From NCBI GenBank assembly GCA_902785055.1, contig CACZXG010000003.1, forward strand, positions 3,295-67,294: a stretch of DNA of 64,000 nt. Direction: 5' to 3'. The DNA is from an uncultured Lachnospiraceae bacterium (GTDB taxonomy: Bacteria; Bacillota; Clostridia; Lachnospirales; Lachnospiraceae). Below the pieces are notes generated by a model. The model ran no database searches, was not told the origin of the DNA, and was given only the letters and a program-made list of their open reading frames with translations. The position numbers and the translations under genes were made by a program. The stretch's first letter is position 1. Every line of letters starts with the position of its first letter. Shown piece by piece: positions 27,509 to 36,723 of the stretch.

Positions 27509-28369
27509 TCATACGCCGAAGATCGCCTTGCGGATCAGATACAGGATTAACAGATGACCTGGATAAAACAGATAGAAAAAGTATTTGTTTTGCTTTCCTC
27601 TCTTTCCATTATAACACCAGATGAGCCAAAATCCCGTTATCGCCAGCAGTTCGTTATGGTTATAATACGTAAGCCACGCCCAGGAGGCCCCTATCGAGTA
27701 TTCTCTGTACCTGTAGAGAAGATACAGGAGCAGTATGCATATGACTCCCCCGTAAGAGTAGTCACAGCCGAACCACTTAGCCAGCCAGCAGATTCCGAAG
27801 CATGCTGCCAGAGAAGGGATCATAAAGAGAATGAACCTGATCCATTTTCTGTCCAATCGGGCGGGCAGGGTGAGAACTGCTCTCTTTCCTTTCCCGTACC
27901 CCTCTTCTTCCTCTATATATCTGCTCCGCCTGGCGGGCAGGAAATCATCTGCTCCCATATACCCAGCCAGTGTCTCCACGATCCAGATCAGGACATAGCC
28001 CGCTGCCAATGTAAAAATAGTGTCAGCGTGACGCTTTTGAGAATCAGGAAATACCAGGAGGCAGAACGGAACCTGGGAGACCGCCGCGAACACCAGCAGG
28101 CGGACCAGATACTTCCACCTGTTCCGGGTATAAAGAAATCCCTCAACAATGAGAAAACAGAATACCGGGAAAGCCAGTCTCCCGATCCCTCTTCCGATGG
28201 AATCCAGCGTTTTCCCCGCTGCGAAAGTATTCATGATCCTGTGGCCCTTCGAATCTCTTGCCACCTCAAGGAAACATAGGGTCATGTGGTCAATGAACAT
28301 CGCTATGATCGCGATCCTCTTCATCACGCCCGCATCTATGCCGTCCCTACCGATCCGCTGGTATATCAT
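27509..28369 (-). CDS. TraX family membrane protein (putative acyltransferase)
   Basis: K.IAIIAMFIDH, GRLAFPVFCFLIVEGF.YTRN, YNGKRG, FY.FYP.H; GGAGG RBS. Confidence 0.85.
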   Translation of the reverse strand: MIYQRIGRDGIDAGVMKRIAIIAMFIDHMTLCFLEVARDSKGHRIMNTFAAGKTLDSIGRGIGRLAFPVFCFLIVEGFLYTRNRWKYLVRLLVFAAVSQVPFCLLVFPDSQKRHADTIFTLAAGYVLIWIVETLAGYMGADDFLPARRSRYIEEEEGYGKGKRAVLTLPARLDRKWIRFILFMIPSLAACFGICWLAKWFGCDYSYGGVICILLLYLLYRYREYSIGASWAWLTYYNHNELLAITGFWLIWCYNGKRGKQNKYFFYLFYPGHLLILYLIRKAIFGV

Positions 28370-30602
28370 AAGTGTCCTCCGGCGCCGGCTCACTGTCCTC
28401 GGAAACCGGTCTGATATCACCTGTATCCAGTCTCTGCCGCTCTACCAGTTCCGCAAAGAAGCCGTTCTCCGCGATCAGTTCGTCATAAGTGCCGTCCTCC
28501 GCTATTTTGCCGTTTCTAAGGACCAGGATCCTGTCGCATGCCTGGATCGTCGAAAGTCTGTGAGCGATGACCAGCCTTGTGCATTTGTAGGAGTCAAGAG
28601 CCTCCGTGACTTTCCTCTGAGTGAGATTGTCGAGAGCGGAGGTCGCCTCGTCGAATATAAGGACATTGGGCTTCGGCGCAATAGCTCTGGCAATCAGCAG
28701 TCTCTGCTTCTGTCCGCCTGAGATCCCGCCCTGTCCCTCGGAGATCATGGTCTGCATTCCCATTGGCATCTCCCGGATATCCGGCGCGATTCCTGCCGCT
28801 TCCGCCGCCTCCCAGGCATCGTCCATCGTGAGCCAGGGGGCAGAAATAGTGATGTTCTCAAAAATACTGCCCATAAGGAGCTTCCCGTTCTGCATCACCA
28901 CGCCGATATGTCTTCGCAGCGACCTAAGGTCAAGACTGTTGATATCTTTGCCGTCATAGAAGACAGCGCCCACTCTGGGCTTCTCAAATCCGAGAAGGAT
29001 CCTCACCAGAGTAGACTTTCCGCAGCCCGTTTCTCCGACGATCGCTACATATTCTCCGGATTTGATCCTGATGCTCAGATCATCCAGGACGTCAGGCATT
29101 GTCTCGGAATAGCGGAAACTCACGTGGTTCAGCTCAATATTGCCGCCAAGCCTTGTTACGATCTGTCTGCCGCCTGTCACCTCCGGTTCCTGCTCAAGGA
29201 TGGGAGTCACCATTTCGATAGTAGGGCGGATTCCCGCAATAATGAGGGCAATGGAAGAGATTTCCATAAACGCGGCAGAAATATAGCCATAGGAAGCAGT
29301 AAACGCTACGTAGTTGTCATAGGTGACGCCGCTTCCGATTGCCGCGCTGTACATCACTACTGTTCCGATCAGGCTGATCGCCGCGCTGATCACCGAGTTC
29401 ATCTTAATGATCATAGGCGGATTATACATGTACTCCGCTTCTTTCGAGTACAGCCTTGCCCAGCGCGCAAAGGCGCGTTTCTCAGCTCCGGCAAGCTTGA
29501 TCTTCTGGATTCCTGTGATCATGGCATAGTTCATGCCGTTTTCCTGAGCGGCCAGCTTCATGGATTCTCTGGAGATTGCAGTATTGAGAAGCGTTGACAC
29601 CACTGAAAACACCAGAGTGACCAGCGTGATGGTCAGTGCCGGCACCACAAGAGCCGGCGTATAGTGGAAAACCTGTACAATGTAAACCAGCGAGAACAGC
29701 GATGTCACTCCCGTCGAGAGGATCGCCGAAGCAAGCTGTTTGCACAGCTCCGATATCGACTGCACCCTGGAATAGAGTTCGCCTGCGCTGAATTTGCGGA
29801 AAAACGAAGCGGGAAGCGAGAGGATCCTCATCATTACCGCCGCTTCGATCGCGACAGACTGCTTGGTCTGGACTGCCTGCGTGATCATATTGGAGACTGT
29901 TCCGAAGATGAGATGTCCGATCGAAACACTGATCATAAAGGCTGTCAGTGCTAAGAGCATATTCATCTCGCCGCTCTTAAGGACTCTGCCGTAAGCCAGT
30001 TTGGTCAGCATAGGCATGATCGCCCCAATACCTGTCAGGATCGCGCTGCTGATCAGGATCATCGCGTGGTCCGAAACAGACCTTGACAGCGCCATATAGA
30101 GCAGAAGGTCCTTAATGCCGAGTTTCTTCTGAGGGAAGGGTTTGTAAAAGCAAAGCCCTGTTTCCTCGAACAACTTCTGGGTGCTGTCATTGATCCTGCA
30201 CTTTTTGAGCGTGACAGGATCCGTGAACTCATAACCATTGATCTTTCCGGGCAGCACTGCGACAGGAATGCTGCCTTCCTTATAGATCATAAGCATTGAA
30301 CCGGCCGCATCCTTGTACCATCCGGGAGGGAGACTGACAGCCCTGCGCATAATGCCATGGGGCTCCAGCAGATAATCAAGCTGATCGTTTAGTTCCGTGA
30401 TATCGTCAGGGATATCCCTGCTGCGGACACCCATGCTCTGAAGAACAGCGTCGATAGCGTTCTTCGTCCTGATCCGGTTGTTCTCCAGAGAAGCCTGCAG
30501 CTGCCGTCCCATGACGGACCCCGCCATGTCCAGAAAGGATTCCTCCAGCAGCACTTCATCATTCAGTTTTCTCATACGGATCTGTTCGTCAAACCAACCC
30601 AT
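28347..30602 (-). CDS. NHLM/NHLP bacteriocin export ABC transporter permease/ATPase
   Basis: MGWFDEQI N-terminus, TM domain, GETGCGKST, ISGGQKQR, IFDEATS. Confidence 0.88.
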   Translation of the reverse strand: MGWFDEQIRMRKLNDEVLLEESFLDMAGSVMGRQLQASLENNRIRTKNAIDAVLQSMGVRSRDIPDDITELNDQLDYLLEPHGIMRRAVSLPPGWYKDAAGSMLMIYKEGSIPVAVLPGKINGYEFTDPVTLKKCRINDSTQKLFEETGLCFYKPFPQKKLGIKDLLLYMALSRSVSDHAMILISSAILTGIGAIMPMLTKLAYGRVLKSGEMNMLLALTAFMISVSIGHLIFGTVSNMITQAVQTKQSVAIEAAVMMRILSLPASFFRKFSAGELYSRVQSISELCKQLASAILSTGVTSLFSLVYIVQVFHYTPALVVPALTITLVTLVFSVVSTLLNTAISRESMKLAAQENGMNYAMITGIQKIKLAGAEKRAFARWARLYSKEAEYMYNPPMIIKMNSVISAAISLIGTVVMYSAAIGSGVTYDNYVAFTASYGYISAAFMEISSIALIIAGIRPTIEMVTPILEQEPEVTGGRQIVTRLGGNIELNHVSFRYSETMPDVLDDLSIRIKSGEYVAIVGETGCGKSTLVRILLGFEKPRVGAVFYDGKDINSLDLRSLRRHIGVVMQNGKLLMGSIFENITISAPWLTMDDAWEAAEAAGIAPDIREMPMGMQTMISEGQGGISGGQKQRLLIARAIAPKPNVLIFDEATSALDNLTQRKVTEALDSYKCTRLVIAHRLSTIQACDRILVLRNGKIAEDGTYDELIAENGFFAELVERQRLDTGDIRPVSEDSEPAPEDTYDIPADR

Positions 30603-30623
30603 ACTGTTTCTCTCCTCGCCGCC

Positions 30624-32816
30624 TTAATTGCTGCTTACCAGCTCCGTATACATTCCTCCGAGCGCGTAGAGCTCTTCGTGAGTTCCGCGTTCGGTCACAA
30701 CGCCGTGGTCCATAACTATGATCTCATCACAATCTCTGATCGTGGAGAGCCTGTGCGCGATCACGATGCAGGTAACTCCCCTGTCTCTGATCGACTTCAC
30801 GACATTGTATTCCGTCCTCGCGTCCAGCGCGGAGGTAGCCTCGTCCATGATCACTATAGTAGGATCCTGTGCCAGTACCCTTGCGATCTCCAGTCTTTGC
30901 CGCTCTCCACCGGAGAAATCAGTGCCGTTTTCCCTGATCCTGTATTCGTAGCCTCCCTCGCGCTGCATGATCTTGTCGTGGATCTGCGCGTCGCGGGCTG
31001 CGAGTATCATTTCATAGTTCTCGATCGTGGTATCCCACATCTTGATATTGTTTGCTATGGTATCTTCGAACAGAGTGATATCCTGGTCCACAACAGCAAG
31101 TGATCCCCTGAATACGGCCTTATCGATCTCATTGATCGGTTTCCCGTCAAACAGGATCTCTCCCTCCCAGGGTTTATACAGCCCCGAGAGAAGCTTCGCC
31201 AGAGTGGATTTGCCGCTGCCGGAAGCACCGACGAAAGCAATGCTCTTTCCCGGCTCCAGTGTCATGTTGAAATCCTGGATCAGCGGCTTGCCAAGGGGGG
31301 CATAACCGAAGGTCACGTCCTTCATCTCTACACGTCCGGAAAGCTTGGCGAAGGAGACATCCGGTGTATCCGCGCTCACTTCATTGTCTGCAAGCTCATC
31401 CGTGCGATATTCCATCACATCCTCGATCCTCTCCATCTCCGTTCTGATCTCCTGGACAGTCTGCCCTGTCGTGATCAGCTGGGTGGCCGGAGCGAGAAAC
31501 TGCTTCATGTATATCGCGAACTGGGTGATCATACCGGGTGTGAACTCTCCTCTCATGGCAAGGCTTATGCCCATGAAGAGGACGAGACAGTCCGTGACCT
31601 CTGATACGATCAAAGGAAGAAGCCCCAGATACTCGTCTGTCCTGGAGAATTTGACATCCTGATAATTGACGCTGGCCTGATAGCCCGCCCATCTCTCGAA
31701 AAACCCGGTCTCAGAACCGCTCGCCTTAATGGACTCGATCATCTCGATCCCGGCGATCGTGGTGCCCGTCAGTTTCCCGCTGTCGCGAACCTGTACTCTC
31801 GCGATATTGATCCTCTTATCCGATATGTATCTCGAAAACAGGCCGTTGAGCAGAACAGAGAATATGCCCAGGATCGTCATCGGCAGACTCATTCTGATCA
31901 TGATCACCAGATAGAAGAACATCATGGCCGTGTTGAGCGCCAGAGGCGCGAAAGTATTGACAAGGTTCGACGCGACCTCCGTGTTGGAATTCTGCCTGGA
32001 CTGAATGTCGCCGGCCATTCTCTGGGAGAAGAACTCCATCGGAAGCCGGAGGATCTTCCACATGAAGGAGGAACTGCTGACAATGGCAAGTTTACCGTTG
32101 ATCCTCAGCGAGTACACGATGTTGATCCAGGAGACCGCGATCTGAAGCGCCGTGAACACCGACAAGAGCACAAGGAAGGGGAAGGCCCAGTCCGGATTCT
32201 TTCCCGTCAGCAGCCTGTCCATAAATACCTGGGTGAAACCTGGAGCAATAACTCCGCATAGGGAAGAGATGATCGTAGTCAGCACGACAAAAACGATCGC
32301 CGGCCCGGCGCCCTGAAGCCGTTTGGCGGCAAAAGAGAGCACACTCTTGGGTTTTCCTGACGGCACGAAATCCTCTCCGGGCGCGAACATCAGGCATATT
32401 CCGGTAAAGGACTCGTCGAACTCCTCCATTGTCACTTCAACCCGTCCTCTCGCCGGATCGTTCAGGACCGCCTTGTTCCTCGTAAAGCCGTCCAGTACCA
32501 CAAAGTGGTTGAAATTCCAGTGGATGATACAGGGAAAAACAGCGTTGTCGATCAACATCTGCGGCTCCAGTTTGTAGCCATCCGCCACAAGGCCGTAGTA
32601 ACGCGCTGCCTTGAGCACATTTCCCGCATTGGAGCCGTCTCTTGAGACACCGCAGTCCACGCGGACTTTCTCCAGCGGTACCCACTTTTCATAATAAGCA
32701 AGAACCATGGTCAGGCATGCGGCTCCGCATTCCAGCGCCTCCATCTGCATGATGACGGGAACCTTCGCCACCCCCCTTTTCACAGGTTCTTTAACTTTTT
32801 TCGTCGTTGCATTCAT
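30624..32816 (-). CDS. NHLM/NHLP bacteriocin ABC transporter, C39 peptidase/permease/ATPase
   Basis: QMEALECGAACL (catalytic Cys), CGVSRDGS, HWNFNHFVV, GASGSGKST, FSGGERQR. Confidence 0.92.
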   Translation of the reverse strand: MNATTKKVKEPVKRGVAKVPVIMQMEALECGAACLTMVLAYYEKWVPLEKVRVDCGVSRDGSNAGNVLKAARYYGLVADGYKLEPQMLIDNAVFPCIIHWNFNHFVVLDGFTRNKAVLNDPARGRVEVTMEEFDESFTGICLMFAPGEDFVPSGKPKSVLSFAAKRLQGAGPAIVFVVLTTIISSLCGVIAPGFTQVFMDRLLTGKNPDWAFPFLVLLSVFTALQIAVSWINIVYSLRINGKLAIVSSSSFMWKILRLPMEFFSQRMAGDIQSRQNSNTEVASNLVNTFAPLALNTAMMFFYLVIMIRMSLPMTILGIFSVLLNGLFSRYISDKRINIARVQVRDSGKLTGTTIAGIEMIESIKASGSETGFFERWAGYQASVNYQDVKFSRTDEYLGLLPLIVSEVTDCLVLFMGISLAMRGEFTPGMITQFAIYMKQFLAPATQLITTGQTVQEIRTEMERIEDVMEYRTDELADNEVSADTPDVSFAKLSGRVEMKDVTFGYAPLGKPLIQDFNMTLEPGKSIAFVGASGSGKSTLAKLLSGLYKPWEGEILFDGKPINEIDKAVFRGSLAVVDQDITLFEDTIANNIKMWDTTIENYEMILAARDAQIHDKIMQREGGYEYRIRENGTDFSGGERQRLEIARVLAQDPTIVIMDEATSALDARTEYNVVKSIRDRGVTCIVIAHRLSTIRDCDEIIVMDHGVVTERGTHEELYALGGMYTELVSSN

Positions 32817-32886
32817 ATATTAAGCCTCTGCTGTCAATTTACGCCTGTCCGCAAAAGCCGGCCTTTCCTAAGGTCCCGCTTTATCC

Positions 32887-33363
32887 TCAGTTAGTCACAA
32901 ACTTGATCGGATGAACGGATTCCACCGTTATACTGGACTCGTATACTCCGTCCGGGAGATCAATGTCCGCTGCCACCATATAGGTCCAGTCACCCGACTT
33001 GAGTCCGGTAGCATCCAGGACGTACTCTCCGACTTCCTCGCTGACCTGCACAGGCTCCGGGGAGATCTCCCTCACCACTGTCTTGTGGCCGTTGACCGTG
33101 ATCTCCATTCCCTCTTTTACCGAGGGGCGGTCGGATACCTTGACATAGATCACGAGATTCTCGTCTCTTACGACGCCAGCGCCGTTTACGGTCGTATAGA
33201 TATTTCCGAAAGTCGCCCATACGAGCGCCCCGACAAGGATCAGGATGATCGCTCCGAGCGCCATCCAGATCGAAGGGCTCGTCACATGAATATAATCGTT
33301 AAGTTTCTCCGGCGAAGTAATTCTCTCTACCGCTTTTTTTCTGAAAAGATCATTATTTTCCAT
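32887..33363 (-). CDS. NHLM system secretion accessory protein (short HlyD-like)
   Basis: LFRKKAVERITSPEKLNDYIHVTSP N-terminus typical of NHLM secretion proteins; one TM. Confidence 0.8.
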   Translation of the reverse strand: MENNDLFRKKAVERITSPEKLNDYIHVTSPSIWMALGAIILILVGALVWATFGNIYTTVNGAGVVRDENLVIYVKVSDRPSVKEGMEITVNGHKTVVREISPEPVQVSEEVGEYVLDATGLKSGDWTYMVAADIDLPDGVYESSITVESVHPIKFVTN

Positions 33364-33544
33364 ATTTGGCACCATCCCTGTCAGTTCTGATTTGCTTCCG
33401 ATTCTGCTGTCCGGGCATAATTTCACATCATTATTATACTGTAGTTTCCCGTATCCGCAAACAAAGTTTCTGACTGCCCGGCGCGCAGCAAAAACCGCCG
33501 CATCAAAACTGATGCGGCGGTCTCTTTCCATTCCCGTCTGATTC

Positions 33545-33838
33545 TTATTCGATCGTGATGATATCCGAGAACCCCGTAATATCAAAGATCTCTCTTACGT
33601 CGCTGCAGAGGTTGCGGACTGAAAACTTCCCGTCTCCCATAGCCTTTCTTGTTCCGAGAACGACACGCAGTCCTGCTGAGGAGATATATTCCAGGTTTTC
33701 AAAATCCAGGACCAGTTCCTCCAGGCCGTCCAAATTTTCCTTAATGACGTTTTCAAGTTCCGGTGCCGTCATTGTATCCAAGCGGCCTGAGACTGCCAGA
33801 ATCAGCCGATTGCCTTCTTTTTTCTTCTCGATTGTCAT
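33545..33838 (-). CDS. STAS domain protein / anti-sigma factor antagonist
   Basis: GRLDTMTAP, LDF..LEYISSAGLR, IFDITGF. Confidence 0.92.
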   Translation of the reverse strand: MTIEKKKEGNRLILAVSGRLDTMTAPELENVIKENLDGLEELVLDFENLEYISSAGLRVVLGTRKAMGDGKFSVRNLCSDVREIFDITGFSDIITIE

Positions 33839-33877
33839 TATTACCTCCTCAGTACTAACCGTGCTGCGATCTGCAGA

Positions 33878-34744
33878 TCATTCCTCAAAGACGATCACAG
33901 CGCCATCATAATTATCAGCGATAAACTTCTTGATGTCTTCAGACTTAAGAACCTCTACGAGAGCCTTGATCCCCTCGTTCTCCTCATTACCTGCCTTCAC
34001 GGCGATAACATTTACATATGTCGCGGCCGCTTCGGAATCCGGCAGCTCGTAGGAAAGCGCATCCTTCGCTGCAATAAGGCCTGCCTGAAGCGCGTAGTTG
34101 CCGTTCATAACAGAATATGCAACCTCATCCTTGACATGAGGGATCTGGGCCGCTTCCAGCTCCTTGATCTCAACCTTGTGGGGATTTTCGGCTATATCCT
34201 GCTTGGTCGCCGTGATACCGGCGCCGTCCTTAAGTTTTATTATACCATTGTCCTGCAGTAAGAGAAGAGCTCTTGCTTCATTTGTTGTATCATTTGGTAC
34301 TGCAATTACATCTCCCTCGCCGATCTCCTCAAGGGTTTTCTTGGTTCCGGGGTAGATTCCCAGCGGTTCGTAGTGGATCTTGCCCGCTACCACAAGGTCT
34401 GTGCCCTTCTCTTCATTAAAGCTCTCAAGGTAAGGCACGTGCTGGAAGTAGTTGCAGTCGATCTCGCCGCTGTTAACAACCTCGTTGGGCTGTACATAAT
34501 CCTCAAATACCTTTATATCCAGCTCATATCCTTTCTCAGCAAGGAGGGGCTTTGCAGCCTCAAGGATCTCCGAATGCGGTGTAGGGCTTGCTGCAACGGT
34601 GATCGTCTTGCTCTCTTCGCTGCCGCCCGCGGCCGCTGCCTGATCGCCGGATGCGGATGTCGAAGCACCTGATCCGCCGCATCCCGCAAGGAGTGCTGCT
34701 GACAGAATTGCTGCTGTGATTACTGATACAAATCTCTTTTTCAT
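33878..34744 (-). CDS. metQ: Methionine ABC transporter substrate-binding lipoprotein
   Basis: Lipobox LAGC, PHSEIL, NYFQH.PYL, PND.TNEARAL. Confidence 0.92.
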   Translation of the reverse strand: MKKRFVSVITAAILSAALLAGCGGSGASTSASGDQAAAAGGSEESKTITVAASPTPHSEILEAAKPLLAEKGYELDIKVFEDYVQPNEVVNSGEIDCNYFQHVPYLESFNEEKGTDLVVAGKIHYEPLGIYPGTKKTLEEIGEGDVIAVPNDTTNEARALLLLQDNGIIKLKDGAGITATKQDIAENPHKVEIKELEAAQIPHVKDEVAYSVMNGNYALQAGLIAAKDALSYELPDSEAAATYVNVIAVKAGNEENEGIKALVEVLKSEDIKKFIADNYDGAVIVFEE

Positions 34745-34805
34745 CTTTTCTCCTCTCCCGAGCAAAATACCTGCTCTGACGGTTTCATTACTACTATAAT
34801 AGCCC

Positions 34806-35468
34806 TCAGGCCTTCCTTCTGTCCAGTCGGGATGCAAGTCTCATTCCCGCAAATTGGAAAACCTGAACTATCGCCACCAGCAGAATGACCGTCACGATCA
34901 TTATATCAAACTGATAGCGGTAGTAACCATACTGAATGGCAACATCTCCGAGTCCGCCTCCGCCGACGGTTCCCGCCATAGCCGAATAGCCGAGGATCGT
35001 CGCAAAGGAAATCGTTACGCCGATGATCAGGGAAATCCTTGCCTCTACTAAAAGCACTTTGGTGATGATCGTCATCGTGTCGGCGCCCATCGCCTGGGCC
35101 GCCTCGATCACGCCGTGATCCACTTCTTTTAAAGAGGACTCCACCATTCTCGCGATAAAGGGCGCAGCCGATACTACTAACGGCACAATAGTCGCAGTGG
35201 AACCGTAGCTCTTTCCTACGATCAGCCTGGTCAGCGGTATGATCAGGATCAAAAGGATCAGGAAAGGAATGCTCCTCATGATATTGGTAATGACGTCGAG
35301 CACCCGGTAGATCACTTTGTTGGGCCTTATGCCCTCTGCATCTGTCACCGCGAGGACAATGCCCCAGGGCAGTCCCAGCACATATCCGAACAGTGTAGAA
35401 AAGCCGGCCATATACAGAGTATTGATCGTCTCTTTGCCGATCATCGCCCATGTCTCAGGACTGAGCAT
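34806..35468 (-). CDS. metI: Methionine ABC transporter permease
   Basis: RSIPFLIL, EAA.AMGA, GGGGLG. Confidence 0.92.
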   Translation of the reverse strand: MLSPETWAMIGKETINTLYMAGFSTLFGYVLGLPWGIVLAVTDAEGIRPNKVIYRVLDVITNIMRSIPFLILLILIIPLTRLIVGKSYGSTATIVPLVVSAAPFIARMVESSLKEVDHGVIEAAQAMGADTMTIITKVLLVEARISLIIGVTISFATILGYSAMAGTVGGGGLGDVAIQYGYYRYQFDIMIVTVILLVAIVQVFQFAGMRLASRLDRRKA

Positions 35469-36504
35469 ATCCGGTCACCTCCTCCACATCAAGGCCGCGC
35501 TCGATCAGATAGCTGATCATGCGCTCCTGAATCTCTTTGTCGCCGGGAAGGCCGAGGATCATCTCTCCTCTCGCCACGCCGTGCACATCCTTCGTATCCG
35601 CCCTCAGGATATTGACCGGTGTTCCCATAGTCAGCACCATATTGGCAATTACAGGCTCAAAAGATGACTGCGTTCCAAATACTATACGGATCCTGCGGTC
35701 CTCGTGCAGAAGCGGAACTGTGCCTGCCGCGTTCTCCTCCGAAGTCCACTCGTCGGGATCCTTTCCCTCGATGATGAGCTGTTTCGCCGCCCTGGACTTG
35801 GGATGTGTGAAGATCTCCTCCACAAGGCCGTTCTCCACAAGGCTTCCCTTTTCAATGATCGCCACGTTGTTGCAGATCTCCCGCACTACGGACATCTGAT
35901 GCGTGATAATGATGATCGTGATGCCCGTCTCCGCGTTGATCTTTTTAAGAAGGTCAAGTATGGAGGCCGTCGTCTGCGGATCCAGCGCGCTTGTCGCTTC
36001 GTCGCACAGAAGGATCTTGGGGTCGCATGCCAGAGCCCTGGCGATCGCCACTCTCTGCCTCTGTCCGCCCGAGAGCTGAGCGGGATAGGCCTTCTCTTTA
36101 TCTTCGAGGCCTACCGTCTTAAGCAGTTCTCTTGCCTTTATGACAGCATCCTTCTTTCGGATTCCCTGGATCTGCAGGGGGAAGCACACATTATCGATCA
36201 CTGACTTCTGCATCAGCAGGTTGAAACTCTGAAAGATCATACCTATGCTGCTGCGAAGCGCTCTCAGTTCTCTGTCCGAGAGACTGCCGAGGTCCTGGCC
36301 CTCGACAATGACCTGCCCGCTCGTGGGGACCTCCAGAAAATTCAGGCACCGGACGAGCGTGCTCTTTCCCGCGCCGGACATACCGATTATTCCGTAAATA
36401 TCACCTTTTTCAATGGACAGATTGATGTCCCTGAGCGCATCCACCTGCCCCTCCTTGGTCGTGAAGGTCTTGCTCAGATGTTTTACTTCTACGATCTGCG
36501 GCAT
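35455..36504 (-). CDS. metN: Methionine ABC transporter ATPase
   Basis: [30 protein letters not shown] domain. Confidence 0.92.
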   Translation of the reverse strand: MPQIVEVKHLSKTFTTKEGQVDALRDINLSIEKGDIYGIIGMSGAGKSTLVRCLNFLEVPTSGQVIVEGQDLGSLSDRELRALRSSIGMIFQSFNLLMQKSVIDNVCFPLQIQGIRKKDAVIKARELLKTVGLEDKEKAYPAQLSGGQRQRVAIARALACDPKILLCDEATSALDPQTTASILDLLKKINAETGITIIIITHQMSVVREICNNVAIIEKGSLVENGLVEEIFTHPKSRAAKQLIIEGKDPDEWTSEENAAGTVPLLHEDRRIRIVFGTQSSFEPVIANMVLTMGTPVNILRADTKDVHGVARGEMILGLPGDKEIQERMISYLIERGLDVEEVTGYAQS

Positions 36505-36723
36505 TATCTCCTCCTCATAAGATCAGCAGGAAATCTGTATTCTCTGTTCCCTGCCGTTAAGATTCCAATACCTAAAGTTTAAACACTTCCTCAGGAAAGT
36601 CAATAGCGCGGGAGATGTCAGGATCCTGACTATATCCATATAAAAAACAGACAGAACGGCGTGGGATTCCCGGTACCGGACTGTCTGTTTTTTGACGTGT
36701 TTATGCTCAGACTCACCCTGAGA

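Noticed and set aside
27509-28369. TraX as evidence of a conjugative element
   Set aside because: No relaxase, T4SS or integrase genes nearby; TraX-family genes are common on Firmicute chromosomes.
36505-36720. SAM riboswitch or T-box upstream of metNIQ
   Set aside because: No S-box or T-box consensus is recognisable.
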